Numbered from the stretch's first letter, positions 35,422 through 45,348 are shown. The stretch: DNA of 64,000 bases from Deltaproteobacteria bacterium (GCA_016213015.1 JACRCE010000063.1:39-64038), one strand, 5' to 3'. Translations and numbers: made by a program. The notes: a model not told the origin generated them from the sequence alone.

Positions 35422-38151
35422 TTGACAGCATCACGCAACGCATTAATCGTTATCTTATTCATTACGTGCATATTTTCCGTTGCGATGAGGCACACTGCCT
35501 CAGCCGCCGATAGGCGCCTCGAAGTGCTTATCATGCCGTTCGACGTCAAGGATGGGGAGGGCCTATCCCTGTCCATCGAGCGCAGGGAGGCGATGGAGGC
35601 AATGGCGCAAAGGCTTGATAGGAGCGGCATCGCCATCGTCGGCATTGACGTCATCAAGGACATGGTGCTTAAGGAAGGGCGCAAAGCTCTTGCCGAGCAG
35701 GACGCGATAGCCGTGTCCGGCAAGGTTGCCGTTGACTTTGCCGTGCTTGGCGAGGTATCGAAGTCCGCGGATGCCATACAAGTTTCATGGCGCGTGATGG
35801 ATATGAAGACGCGCGCAACTATTGCTTCATATTCGGCCGCGGAGCGCGATATCCCGGCTCTGATAAAGGCGGTTGACAAAGTATCGGGCCGGATGCTTGA
35901 AAAGATGAAAACCGCCGCGTCTTCCAGTCAGGCCCCAAGGACAGGGGTCATCGGGAGGATCGAGGTCAAGGGCAACAGACGGGTGGACGCCGAGGCCGTG
36001 TTACGCAAGATAACGAGCAAGGTCGGAGAGCCTCTCTCGCCGGACGACGTAAAGGATGACATACGCGCCATCTACTCCACCGGGTTTTTCGACGACGTGT
36101 CCGTTGACTTGTCTGAGGCTCAGGCCGGAGGTTCAACGCTCACCTACGCGGTCAAGGAGATGCCCTTCATCAGAAGGATAGCCTTCAAAGGCAATTCCGA
36201 GCTTAACGAGGACAAGCTCAAAGAGGCGATAACGATAAAGGCCAACACCGTTCTCGACCGCGCCGTGCTTGCCTCCAACGTTGACAAGATAAAGGCCGCG
36301 TATGCGGAAAAGGGCTATTATTCAGCCGCTGTAAAGCCGGTAATCGAAACGGACAAGGAGACCTTCGAGGCTGAGGCTGCGGTCGTCTTTGATATAAACG
36401 AGGGGCCGGAGGTAAAGATAAAACGCATAACCGTCATAGGCGGGAATCATTTTTCAGAGGGCGACGTCAAGGGGCACATGACTACAAAGGAAGCCGGGAT
36501 ATTCTCGTTCCTTACGGGTTCGGGAAAGTTCAATGACCTTGTCTTCCAAAACGATTTAAGTATAGTCCTCGGCAAATACTACGACGACGGATACATAAAC
36601 GCGGATATACTCGATCATCGCGTGCTCCTCAGCGAGGATAAGAGATACTTCCTTATTACTTTATACGTCAGCGAGGGCGATCGGTTCACCGTCGGAACGA
36701 TAGACGTAACCGGCGACATGCTCGATGATTCCCCCAAGGAAGAACTCCTTGGGAAGATAAAACTCGAGAAGGGCGATACATTCAACAGGAGCAAGTTTGC
36801 AAAGGGTCTTGAGGCCATATCCGACATATACGGGGATAAGGGTTATGCCTACGCCGACGTAAGGCCGGGCACGCGCGTAGACGCGGAAAAAAAGGTCGTT
36901 GACATTGTAATCGAAATAAAGAAGAACGAGCTTGCCTTTGTCGAGCGTATAGACATACAGGGCAACGTGAGGACGCGGGACAAGGTCATAAGGCGCGAGG
37001 TGGAACTTGCTGAGGGAGACCTGTACTCCTCTTCGGCGATGAGAAGGAGCAGGAATAACCTAAGACGCCTCGGCTACTTCGAAGACGTAAAGGTGAGTCA
37101 GGCGCAGGGCGGGGGGCCGGATAAGATAAAGCTTGACGTTAACGTCAAGGAGAGGCCGACAGGCGCGGTATCGGTAGGCGCGGGCTATTCCTCCGTGGAC
37201 AAGGTGATAGGCACGGCCTCCATTTCGCAGTCGAATCTGCTCGGCACTGGCCTGAGGCTCGACCTTTCAGGCACGGTGAGCGCGACCAGTTCCAAGTACG
37301 TCCTCGGTTTTACCGAGCCTTGGCTCATGGACAAGCCCCTGTCGGCCGGGTTCGACGTCTACAAGACGGATAAGGATTACCCGGACTACAAGGTTGGAAA
37401 GACCGGCTTTGACGTAAGGTTCGGTTTTCCCGTGATGGACAGGTACACGCGCGGAACCATAACGTACAGGCTCGAAGACGTGCGTATCCGCGACGTGGCC
37501 GCGGGCGCGCCCGTTGATGTAAAGGATCAGGAAGGAAAGCGCAAGGAGAGCAGCGTAAGGACGGCGCTCAAGAGGGACACGAGGGACGACGCCTTTTTTC
37601 CAACGGAGGGCGCGGTTGCGTCGGCTTCGATCGAGTATGCCGGAGGGGTTATAGGCGGGTCCACGAACTACGTCAAATACGAGGCCGACGCTATAAAGTA
37701 CGTGCCGTTGATATGGGACACGACCGTCTCCCTTCGCGGCTCCGCAGGCTACGTGCACAGCTACGGTGGAAAGGCGATCCCCATATACGAACGCTACTAT
37801 CTCGGCGGAATAAACAGTCTGAGGGGTTATAGGACGCGCTCTTTGGGCCCCAAGGATACGGCAACCGGAGCCGTGGTAGGCGGTAACAAGATGGTTCTTG
37901 CGAGCGCGGAGCTCGTGTTTCCGCTCTTTCCCGAACAAGGATTGAGAGGCGTCCTGTTCTACGACATCGGCGGCGCGTACAACGACACTATAGATTCGGG
38001 AGACCTCAGGGAGCTACGGCAGGGCTGGGGCGTTGGGCTTAGGTGGTTCTCTCCCATAGGGCCTCTGAGGCTTGAATTCGGTATGCCGCTCGGCAGACGC
38101 GAGGAGGAAAAGGCGCATCAGTGGGATTTTACCATCGGTTCGGCTTTTTAA
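35422..38151 (+). CDS. bamA: Outer membrane protein assembly factor BamA (POTRA repeats plus a C-terminal beta-barrel) with an N-terminal extension of about 150 aa
   Basis: 909 aa with POTRA-like repeats from about residue 175, a C-terminal Omp85 barrel and a terminal aromatic residue (SAF). Confidence 0.9.
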   Translation: MTASRNALIVILFITCIFSVAMRHTASAADRRLEVLIMPFDVKDGEGLSLSIERREAMEAMAQRLDRSGIAIVGIDVIKDMVLKEGRKALAEQDAIAVSGKVAVDFAVLGEVSKSADAIQVSWRVMDMKTRATIASYSAAERDIPALIKAVDKVSGRMLEKMKTAASSSQAPRTGVIGRIEVKGNRRVDAEAVLRKITSKVGEPLSPDDVKDDIRAIYSTGFFDDVSVDLSEAQAGGSTLTYAVKEMPFIRRIAFKGNSELNEDKLKEAITIKANTVLDRAVLASNVDKIKAAYAEKGYYSAAVKPVIETDKETFEAEAAVVFDINEGPEVKIKRITVIGGNHFSEGDVKGHMTTKEAGIFSFLTGSGKFNDLVFQNDLSIVLGKYYDDGYINADILDHRVLLSEDKRYFLITLYVSEGDRFTVGTIDVTGDMLDDSPKEELLGKIKLEKGDTFNRSKFAKGLEAISDIYGDKGYAYADVRPGTRVDAEKKVVDIVIEIKKNELAFVERIDIQGNVRTRDKVIRREVELAEGDLYSSSAMRRSRNNLRRLGYFEDVKVSQAQGGGPDKIKLDVNVKERPTGAVSVGAGYSSVDKVIGTASISQSNLLGTGLRLDLSGTVSATSSKYVLGFTEPWLMDKPLSAGFDVYKTDKDYPDYKVGKTGFDVRFGFPVMDRYTRGTITYRLEDVRIRDVAAGAPVDVKDQEGKRKESSVRTALKRDTRDDAFFPTEGAVASASIEYAGGVIGGSTNYVKYEADAIKYVPLIWDTTVSLRGSAGYVHSYGGKAIPIYERYYLGGINSLRGYRTRSLGPKDTATGAVVGGNKMVLASAELVFPLFPEQGLRGVLFYDIGGAYNDTIDSGDLRELRQGWGVGLRWFSPIGPLRLEFGMPLGRREEEKAHQWDFTIGSAF

Positions 38152-38165
38152 GAAGGCCGCTGAAA

Positions 38166-38280
38166 AAGCCGCATCTGCTTTGTTGTCTCGTCGCTCCTCA
38201 CTGAGGCGCACAACAAAGTGCGCCTCATTCGTCGCTTCTCGCCGCCTCGCATCTACGGCTTTTTGAGCGGCCATCGTCAG
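38166..38280. repeat. REP-like intergenic element, copy B (same family as 17343-17470)
   Basis: GCATCTGCTTTGTTGTCTCGTCGCTCCTCA...GCGCACAACAAAGTGCGCC...TTCGTCGCTTCTCGCC...GCATCTACGGCTTTTTGAGCGGCC, immediately 3' of bamA. Confidence 0.55.
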
Positions 38281-38335
38281 TATTGGGTTTTTCGTAGCCT
38301 GTTAAGAAGGTTATTAATAATCAAGGGGGAATTGC

Positions 38336-38866
38336 ATGAAAAAGATAATCATGTCGTTTATCTTCGTTGCCGCATTTGTTATGGCCGGGACGGCCTCTGC
38401 AAAGGAGATGAAGCTGGCGCACGCCAATCTGCAGAAGGCATTAAACGACAGCGCCGCCGGGACAGCGGCCAAGAACGCGCTTCAGGAAGAGGCCAAGAAG
38501 CTCGAAGAACAGCTCAACGTAAAGCAGGAGAGCTTGAAGAAGATGAAGTCCGAGATGGACAAGATGGCCGCGGTCTGGACAAAGGAGGCGCGCGATCTGA
38601 AGGAGGCCGAGTTCAGGGTCAAGAACCAGGAGTTTCAGAAACAGTACATGGACTTTGGCGAAGAATTAAATAAGAAAAAGCAGGAGCGCGAGGCGCAGAT
38701 AATAAACGAGTTGCGCGCCATCGTAGAGGATATGGCGAAGAAGAAGGGTTATACCTACGTCTTTGAAAGGTCGCTTGGCGGACTGCTCTACGCGCCGTCT
38801 CAGGACGACATTACCGATGAAGTGATAAAACTCTACGACGAGCGTTTCAAGTCCGGCGGGAAGTAA
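38336..38866 (+). CDS. skp: OmpH/Skp periplasmic chaperone
   Basis: 176 aa with a signal peptide and a coiled-coil-rich body, conserved between bamA and lpxD. Confidence 0.8.
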   Translation: MKKIIMSFIFVAAFVMAGTASAKEMKLAHANLQKALNDSAAGTAAKNALQEEAKKLEEQLNVKQESLKKMKSEMDKMAAVWTKEARDLKEAEFRVKNQEFQKQYMDFGEELNKKKQEREAQIINELRAIVEDMAKKKGYTYVFERSLGGLLYAPSQDDITDEVIKLYDERFKSGGK

Positions 38867-38874
38867 CGAAGACG

Positions 38875-39912
38875 ATGAAAAAAACGGTTGAACAACTCGT
38901 GGAGATAACGGGCGGACGTCTTATCGGCGACGGAAACGTCGTCATAAGGGACGTTGCGTCTCTTGAGGAGGCGGGACCGGGCGAGATAACCTTTATCTTG
39001 GACAAGGCCAAGTTAAAGCTCCTGCCCTCCATAAAGGCGGGTGCAATCATCGTCCCGGAAGGCGACTATCAGCCGGGCGCAGGCAACCTTATCGCAACGC
39101 GGAATCCGCAGATCGCCTTTGCCAAGGCAATGGATGTCTTCAGACCGGCTTTGTTGCCGGGGCCGGGCATACACCCCAAGGCTGAGGTGAGCGCAAGGGC
39201 AAGCGTAGGCGAGGGCGTTTCGATTCAGGCTTATGCCGTAGTGGAAAAGGGCGCGACAATCGGGCCGCGCACCGTCGTCTATCCGGGCGTTTACATCGGG
39301 CAGGACGCAAGGATCGGCGCTGACTGCATCATATATTCAGGCGTGGCGATACGCGAGGGTTGCATTATCGGCGACAGGGTCATCGTACATTGCAACACGG
39401 TAATCGGCAGCGACGGATTCGGTTACGCTTGGGACAACGACTTGAACGGCTACAGAAAGTTGCCGCAAAGGGGCATCGTTCGGATAGATGATGATTGCGA
39501 GCTTGGCGCGTGCGTGACGGTTGACAGGGCCGCCATAGGCGAGACGGTCATAGGGTCAGGCTCCAAGATAGACAACCTCGTGCAGGTGGCGCACAACGTA
39601 AAGATAGGCGAACACGCGATAATCGTGGCGCAGGTGGGCATAGCCGGGAGTGTGCGGGTCGGAGACCGCGTACAGATAGGCGGTCAGGTTGGGATAGTCG
39701 GCCACATCGACATCGGCGACGGCGCGATGATCGGGGCGCAGTCCGGCATATCCGGCCCGGTGCCTTCAAAGGCCATATACTCGGGCACTCCGGCCATACC
39801 GCACCACGACTGGCTCAAGGCGTCCGTCATATTCGCAAAGCTCCCTGAACTGAAAAAAAAGATAAACGAGCTTGAAAAAAGGCTTGCCGAGATCGAGGGG
39901 AAAAAGGGTTAA
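38875..39912 (+). CDS. lpxD: UDP-3-O-(3-hydroxyacyl)glucosamine N-acyltransferase
   Basis: 345 aa with left-handed beta-helix hexapeptide repeats and the LpxD N-terminal domain; synteny. Confidence 0.9.
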   Translation: MKKTVEQLVEITGGRLIGDGNVVIRDVASLEEAGPGEITFILDKAKLKLLPSIKAGAIIVPEGDYQPGAGNLIATRNPQIAFAKAMDVFRPALLPGPGIHPKAEVSARASVGEGVSIQAYAVVEKGATIGPRTVVYPGVYIGQDARIGADCIIYSGVAIREGCIIGDRVIVHCNTVIGSDGFGYAWDNDLNGYRKLPQRGIVRIDDDCELGACVTVDRAAIGETVIGSGSKIDNLVQVAHNVKIGEHAIIVAQVGIAGSVRVGDRVQIGGQVGIVGHIDIGDGAMIGAQSGISGPVPSKAIYSGTPAIPHHDWLKASVIFAKLPELKKKINELEKRLAEIEGKKG

Positions 39913-39940
39913 AGGCCGTGACCGCGAACCGTGACCGTGA
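39913..39940. repeat. CCGTGAC/GTCACGG heptamer repeat cluster (GGCCGTGACCGCGAACCGTGACCGTGA)
   Basis: Tandem or near-tandem heptamers directly after the lpxD stop; same family as 45281-45343, 51134-51217 and 62340-62400. Confidence 0.4.
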
Positions 39941-39963
39941 AAGACGTAAGGAGACATCTCGCT

Positions 39964-40392
39964 ATGATAGACATTAAGGAGATTCAGACCATACTTCCCC
40001 ACCGCTACCCGTTTCTGCTCATTGACAAGATAGTCGAGTTGGACCCGGGCAAATACGCGAAGGGGATAAAAAACGTTACCATAAACGAGCCGTTTTTCCC
40101 GGGGCATTTTCCGGGGCATCCGATAATGCCGGGCGTCCTCATAGTCGAGGCAATGGCGCAGGTCGGGGGGGTGCTGGCCTTCAAGTCCGCCGACGTTTCC
40201 AACAAGGTCGTATACTTCATGGGCATTGACAAGGCGCGGTTCAGAAAGCCGGTGCTCCCTGGGGATACGCTTGAACTGTCGCTCACCGTGACTAAGTGCA
40301 GGGGCAGCATCTGGGGCTTTAAGGGCGAGGGGCGCGCCGCGGGCGTCCTCGTCGCCGAGGCCGAGTTTCTTGCGACCATCATGGAAAGGTAA
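39964..40392 (+). CDS. fabZ: 3-hydroxyacyl-ACP dehydratase
   Basis: Start MIDIKEI..LPHRYPFLLIDKI; hotdog-fold motifs. Confidence 0.9.
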   Translation: MIDIKEIQTILPHRYPFLLIDKIVELDPGKYAKGIKNVTINEPFFPGHFPGHPIMPGVLIVEAMAQVGGVLAFKSADVSNKVVYFMGIDKARFRKPVLPGDTLELSLTVTKCRGSIWGFKGEGRAAGVLVAEAEFLATIMER

Positions 40393-40401
40393 CTCATAGA
40401 G

Positions 40402-41250
40402 ATGAACGGGACTTTGAAGTCGCAAACCCGGACGCGCATACATCCTACCGCCTCCATACATCCCGGCGCCGAGATAGATACCGGCGTCGAGATAGGCCCG
40501 TATACGGTCATTGCCGAGGACGTCCGCATAGGCAAGAACACGAAGATAGGTCCGCACGTGGTCATTGACAGGTGGACCACGATAGGGGCCGACTGCAACA
40601 TCTTCCAGTTCACCTCCATAGGCGCTCCGCCGCAGGATTTGGGATACAAGGGCGAGAAGACGGAGGTCGTCATCGGGAACAACAACGTCATAAGGGAGTT
40701 CGTTACCATACACAGGGCCACCACCAAACAACAGCGCAAGACCGTGTGCGGCAACGGGAACCTTTTCATGAACTACGTCCATATCGCGCACGATTGCAAT
40801 CTCGGAGACAACATCATAATGGCCAACTCCGCCACGCTTGCCGGGCACGTTTCCATCGCGGACCACGCCATAGTCGGCGGCCTCGTGGCCATACATCAGC
40901 ACGTCCGCATCGGCGCGTACTGCATCATAGGCGGGGCCACTGCCGTCAGCAAGGACATCCCGCCTTACGTCATGGCCGTTGGCAACAGGGCCAAGCTCTA
41001 CGGCTTGAACAGCGTGGGCTTGAGGAGACAAGGCTTTACACGCGCCGCGCTCGAGGAGATAAAAAGGTCTTACAACATCGTCTTCCGCTCGTCCCTTACG
41101 CTTTCCGAGGCAATTGAAAGACTTAAAACGGAACTGCCCGATTCGCCTCACGCGAAAAGATTCGTTGACTTCATAACGGCCTCCAAGCGCGGCCTTGCCC
41201 GCGAGCGGAGCAGAAGAAAGAGCGACGCACATGAAGAAGACCATGAATAA
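40402..41250 (+). CDS. lpxA: Acyl-ACP--UDP-N-acetylglucosamine O-acyltransferase
   Basis: IHPTA.I..GA.I hexapeptide repeats and the LpxA C-terminal helical domain; 282 aa. Confidence 0.9.
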   Translation: MNGTLKSQTRTRIHPTASIHPGAEIDTGVEIGPYTVIAEDVRIGKNTKIGPHVVIDRWTTIGADCNIFQFTSIGAPPQDLGYKGEKTEVVIGNNNVIREFVTIHRATTKQQRKTVCGNGNLFMNYVHIAHDCNLGDNIIMANSATLAGHVSIADHAIVGGLVAIHQHVRIGAYCIIGGATAVSKDIPPYVMAVGNRAKLYGLNSVGLRRQGFTRAALEEIKRSYNIVFRSSLTLSEAIERLKTELPDSPHAKRFVDFITASKRGLARERSRRKSDAHEEDHE

Positions 41251-42220
41251 AATCAGAGCCGGCGTAATCGGCGTCGGATACCTTGGGGCCATACACGCGC
41301 AAAAGTACGCGGCATTGGCCGCGACCGGGGCGGTTGAGTTCATCGGGGTTTTTGACGCGGATCAGGCAAGGGCGCGCGAAATCGCATCGGCCAATAACGC
41401 CATGCGTTTCGCCTCAGTGGACGCGTTGCTTTCGTGCGTTGACGCGGTAAGCATCGCAACGCCGACGGCCCACCACTTCACTCTTGGTATGCGCGCCATC
41501 GAGGCCGGCAAGGACGTGCTCGTGGAAAAGCCGATAACGACCACGGCGCTTGAGGCCAAAGAACTGGTAAAGGCCGCCGAGAAGGCGAATACCATACTTC
41601 AGGTGGGTCATCTTGAGAGGTTCAACGCCGCAGTTGTAGCCCTTGAGGGCGTTCCATACAAGCCCGTCTTTATACAGGCGCAAAGGCTCTCTCCCTTTCC
41701 GAACCGGTCAACCGACGTTGACGTGGTGCTTGACCTGATGATCCACGACATCGACATAATATTGAATCTCGTAAAGTCGGAGATAGAGTCAATTGACGCG
41801 GTAGGCACACCGGTCGTGTCGGACAAGGTAGACGTCGCAAACGCAAGGATACGGTTTGTAAACGGCTGCGTGGCCGACGTAACGGCCTCCCGCGTGTCAA
41901 GCGAGCGCGTGAGAAGGATTCAACTGTTCGAGTCGAGCGGATACATCACCATTGACTACGCGGCCCAGCATATCTTTATCGCGCGTCCGGCAATGGGCGC
42001 TTCTCAAGCCTCTCCAGCGATTGAAGTTGAGCAGCTTGACATAGAAAAACGCGACTCTCTTCTGGAGGAGATACGTTCCTTCATCGGTTGCTGCGCCCGA
42101 CGCACCCCGCCCCTTGTGTCCGGCGTTGACGGCCTCCGCGCGCTGGAGGCCGCCGAGACGATACAAAACAGCATGGCAAGGAACGCGGAGCGGGTTGAAT
42201 CTCAAGGCGTCCGGCGTTAA
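41231..42220 (+). CDS. Gfo/Idh/MocA-family NAD-dependent oxidoreductase (possibly GnnA-like UDP-GlcNAc 3-dehydrogenase)
   Basis: N-terminal Rossmann motif AGVIGVGYLG..HA; located between lpxA and lpxB, the position occupied by gnnA in some bacteria. Confidence 0.75.
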   Translation: MKKTMNKIRAGVIGVGYLGAIHAQKYAALAATGAVEFIGVFDADQARAREIASANNAMRFASVDALLSCVDAVSIATPTAHHFTLGMRAIEAGKDVLVEKPITTTALEAKELVKAAEKANTILQVGHLERFNAAVVALEGVPYKPVFIQAQRLSPFPNRSTDVDVVLDLMIHDIDIILNLVKSEIESIDAVGTPVVSDKVDVANARIRFVNGCVADVTASRVSSERVRRIQLFESSGYITIDYAAQHIFIARPAMGASQASPAIEVEQLDIEKRDSLLEEIRSFIGCCARRTPPLVSGVDGLRALEAAETIQNSMARNAERVESQGVRR

Positions 42221-42255
42221 AACAAACGGCGAGCGCCGGTTGATAAATACTACTG

Positions 42256-43950
42256 ATGGACGTCACGCGCAATATGGATAGTCCGAAACTCCAGAACCTC
42301 ATCCGCGAACTTGTTTCTCTTCCTAACGAAACAGAGTGGCTTGAGTTCAAGAAAAACCATTGCGAACCGCAATTGCTGGGAAAGTACCTCTCAGCCCTGT
42401 CAAATTCCGCGTGTCTTCATGACAAGCCAAAGGGCTATCTTATCTTTGGTATCGAAGATAAGACTCACGCGGTAATAGGGACGGACTTCAACCCGGCCAA
42501 AACCAAGGCCAAAGGCAATCAGGACCTTAGCATATGGCTTTCGACCCGCTTACGTCCGAATGTTGGTTTTGACATATCCACTCTTGAATATGACGGCAAG
42601 CCGACAGTGATATTTGCCGTTAATCCCGCCATTGATCAGCCCGTTACTTTTTGCGGAACGGCTTACATACGCATCAGTTCGAACACGACGGAACTGGCAA
42701 AATATCCGGTAAAAGAGCGCGAAATCTGGAATCGTAGACACAGGGTGGATTGGTCGGCCGGGGTATGCGAAAAGGCGGCGATAGATGACTTGGACCCGGA
42801 GGCTATAAAGAAGGCCCGTGTTGAATACATAACCAAGTTCCCATCAAAAGCATCTGAAGTAAACGGATGGGATGACATGCAATTCCTAAACAAGATAAAA
42901 CTAACTATCAAGGGCAAGATCGCCAATTCCGCGGTTTTGTTGCTTGGCAAGTCGGAATCCGCGCCGCTCATCAATCCAGCCGTCGCGAAAATCACATGGG
43001 TTTTGAAAGACGAGAAAAATATGGAGAAGGATTATGAGCATTTTGGCCCGCCTTTCATATTGAATGTCGAACGCGCCTTTGCCAAAATCAGAAACCTGAC
43101 TTACCGGCATATGCCGAGCGGCACGCTTTTTCCCATTGAAGTAACACAGTACGACCGTTGAGTCATAAGAGAGGCGCTTCACAACTGTATTGCTCACCAA
43201 GATTATAGTATGTCTGGACGGATCAATCTGGTGGAGACTCCTACATCTCTGACGTTGACGAACATGGGGAGCTTTCTTCCCGGAAGCGTTGAAAATGTAA
43301 TCAGGCAAGATGCCCCTCCTGAGACTTATCGGAATCTATTTCTTGCGGATGCCATGGTCAATTTGAACATGATTGACACTCAGGGCGGAGGCATCAAGAA
43401 GATGTTTCAGACCCAGATGAAGCGGTACTTTCCAATGCCCGATTACGACCTTGGCCAACCCGACCGAGTGGTTGTGAAGATTCAGGGTCAGGTGCTTGAT
43501 GAAAGATATACACGGCTTTTGATGGAGCGCACCGATCTTGACCTTTGGACAGTGATACTTTTGGATAAGGTACAAAAAAGAATCCGCATATCGCTGGAAG
43601 AATGTAAAAAGCTCAAGGGTATCAGAGCAGTTGAAGGGAGATACCCAAACATTTTTGTTTCATCATCCGTTGCGGCCGCAACGGATGATGAAGCACAGCA
43701 TATACGGAATAAAGGGTTGGAAACAACATATTATAAGCAGATTATAATACAACTCATTCAAGAGCACGGCCCTGTGAGCCGTGAAAAAATAGATCAACTT
43801 CTTTTGGATAAATTGCCGGAAGTGCTTACTGAAAAACAGAAGAAGAGCAGGATAAGCAACTACCTTACGAATCTTATCGGCGAAGGGATTATTGAAAATA
43901 CAGGCACAAATAGGTATCCGCAATGGCTTATGAAGAATAATAAAAAATAA
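42256..43950 (+). pseudogene. AlbA_2 (Schlafen-like divergent AAA) plus HATPase_c_4 protein (putative ATP-dependent DNA-binding regulator) interrupted by an in-frame TGA at 43159-43161
   Basis: ORFs 42256-43161 and 43210-43950 are in the same frame. Translation continues directly after the TGA with VIREALHNCIAHQDY, the conserved (RE)A..N...H.DY motif that normally lies mid-protein. Lower GC; AT-rich flank. Confidence 0.6.
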
Positions 43951-44120
43951 AAAAATAATAAAACCATTTGCAAATCAATTAAAAGCGTTGACACTTCAAC
44001 CAGTTGGCTTATTTTTATTTTTTTTTGGGACATATTAGAAAAAATAAGAAAATTATAAGCGGCAAGGAACGCTGAGCGGCTATAGCGATTTGCCGGTCAA
44101 GTACCCCGTTAAATATCACA

Positions 44121-45272
44121 ATGCCCAACTCCATCTTCATCATAGGCGGCGAGGAGTCAGGGGACGGCCACGGGGCCTCCCTCATAACCGCGCTCAAAAA
44201 GCTGATGCCGGGTCTAAGTGTCGAGGGCATGGGCGGGGCAAGGATGCGCGAGGCCGGGCTCATTGGTCTTGATTCAAGGGAGGTCTCGGTTGTAGGCGTC
44301 GTCGAGGTGATCGAAAAACTGCCGACGCTCTGGCGCTCGTATGCGACGCTTAAAAGGCGGCTTGCCGAGGGGTCTTTCGACGCGGTTGTGCTCATTGACT
44401 TCCCGGACTTCAACCTCCGTATCGCAAAGGCTGCGAAAAAACTCGGCATCCCTGTCATTTATTATATAAGTCCTCAAGTATGGGCATGGAGAAGGGGCAG
44501 GATAAAGACCATCGCGGCCCTTGTTAAAAAGATGCTCGTGGTTTTTCCGTTCGAGGTGGAGTTTTACAAGAAGGCCGGGGTTGACGTGGAGTACGTGGGC
44601 CATCCGCTGGGGGATCGCGTAAGGTGCGAACTCACCAGACAAGAGGCCAGAGAGCAATTGGGGATCGCCCCTGATGCGCCGGTCATCGCGCTTTTGCCGG
44701 GAAGCAGAACCAGCGAGGTGGAGCGCATCCTGCCGGTCATGCTTCAAGCCGCCAAACTCATACAAGACGGCCTTGGCCTTGGAAAGAAGCGGGCGGTATT
44801 TCCGATAATAGCCGCCAATAGCGTAGAGGGCGCCCTGCTTGACAAGCACTTGAAAGAACAGGCGCTCCTTGGCATTGACGCGCCGATAGTCCGCGACAAT
44901 ATGTACCCGTGCCTTCGCGCCGTGGACGCGGCGATAGTAACCTCCGGCACGGCCACCCTTGAGACGGCGCTCGTCGGCGCGCCGATGGTAATCGTCTACA
45001 GGCTCTCAGGCCTGACCTACTGGATAGCCCGCGTCATGGTAAAAGGAACCTATGCGGGACTCCCTAACATAATCGCGGGCAAAGGCATCGTGCCGGAATT
45101 GATGCAGGACGCGGCAAAGCCTCAGGCCATCGCGGATAAGATACTCGGCATCCTTAAAGACCTTCCGCTACGCGAACGGATGATACGGGACTTGCAGGAG
45201 ATGCGCGAAAAGATAGCCGGCGGCGCGTCCGAAAGGGCGGCGCGGGCGATAAAATCGATTATAAGGCCATAA
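44121..45272 (+). CDS. lpxB: Lipid-A-disaccharide synthase
   Basis: 383 aa with the N-terminal IFIIGGE.SGD and the GT-B fold. Confidence 0.9.
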   Translation: MPNSIFIIGGEESGDGHGASLITALKKLMPGLSVEGMGGARMREAGLIGLDSREVSVVGVVEVIEKLPTLWRSYATLKRRLAEGSFDAVVLIDFPDFNLRIAKAAKKLGIPVIYYISPQVWAWRRGRIKTIAALVKKMLVVFPFEVEFYKKAGVDVEYVGHPLGDRVRCELTRQEAREQLGIAPDAPVIALLPGSRTSEVERILPVMLQAAKLIQDGLGLGKKRAVFPIIAANSVEGALLDKHLKEQALLGIDAPIVRDNMYPCLRAVDAAIVTSGTATLETALVGAPMVIVYRLSGLTYWIARVMVKGTYAGLPNIIAGKGIVPELMQDAAKPQAIADKILGILKDLPLRERMIRDLQEMREKIAGGASERAARAIKSIIRP

Positions 45273-45280
45273 AGGCCGTG

Positions 45281-45343
45281 TCCATTGACCGTGTAAAAGA
45301 AAAATCTTTTCACGGTCACGGGTCACGGTCACGGGTCACGGTT
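45281..45343. repeat. Heptamer-hairpin element: CCGTGTAAAAGAAAAATCTTTTCACGG followed by (GTCACGG)x4
   Basis: An inverted repeat with an A/T-rich loop, then a four-fold tandem heptamer; lies between lpxB and msbA. Confidence 0.5.
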
Positions 45344-45348
45344 TATAA

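Noticed and set aside
39766-41343. 525-aa ORF on the minus strand
   Set aside because: It is entirely antisense to fabZ and lpxA, which have strong family motifs. Long antisense ORFs are expected in high-GC DNA.
2804-43161. Possibility that TGA is a sense codon (alternative genetic code), given two in-frame TGAs at 2804-2806 and 43159-43161 with coding signal continuing after them
   Set aside because: Well-conserved housekeeping genes in the same window (mfd, pdxA, lolC and both SurA-like genes) terminate with TGA at the expected protein ends. TGA is therefore a stop here, and the two cases are better explained as nonsense mutations or sequencing errors in accessory genes.
45281-45343. Heptamer repeat clusters as a possible CRISPR array
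   Set aside because: The repeats are only 7 bp, are tandem without spacers, and no cas genes are present.
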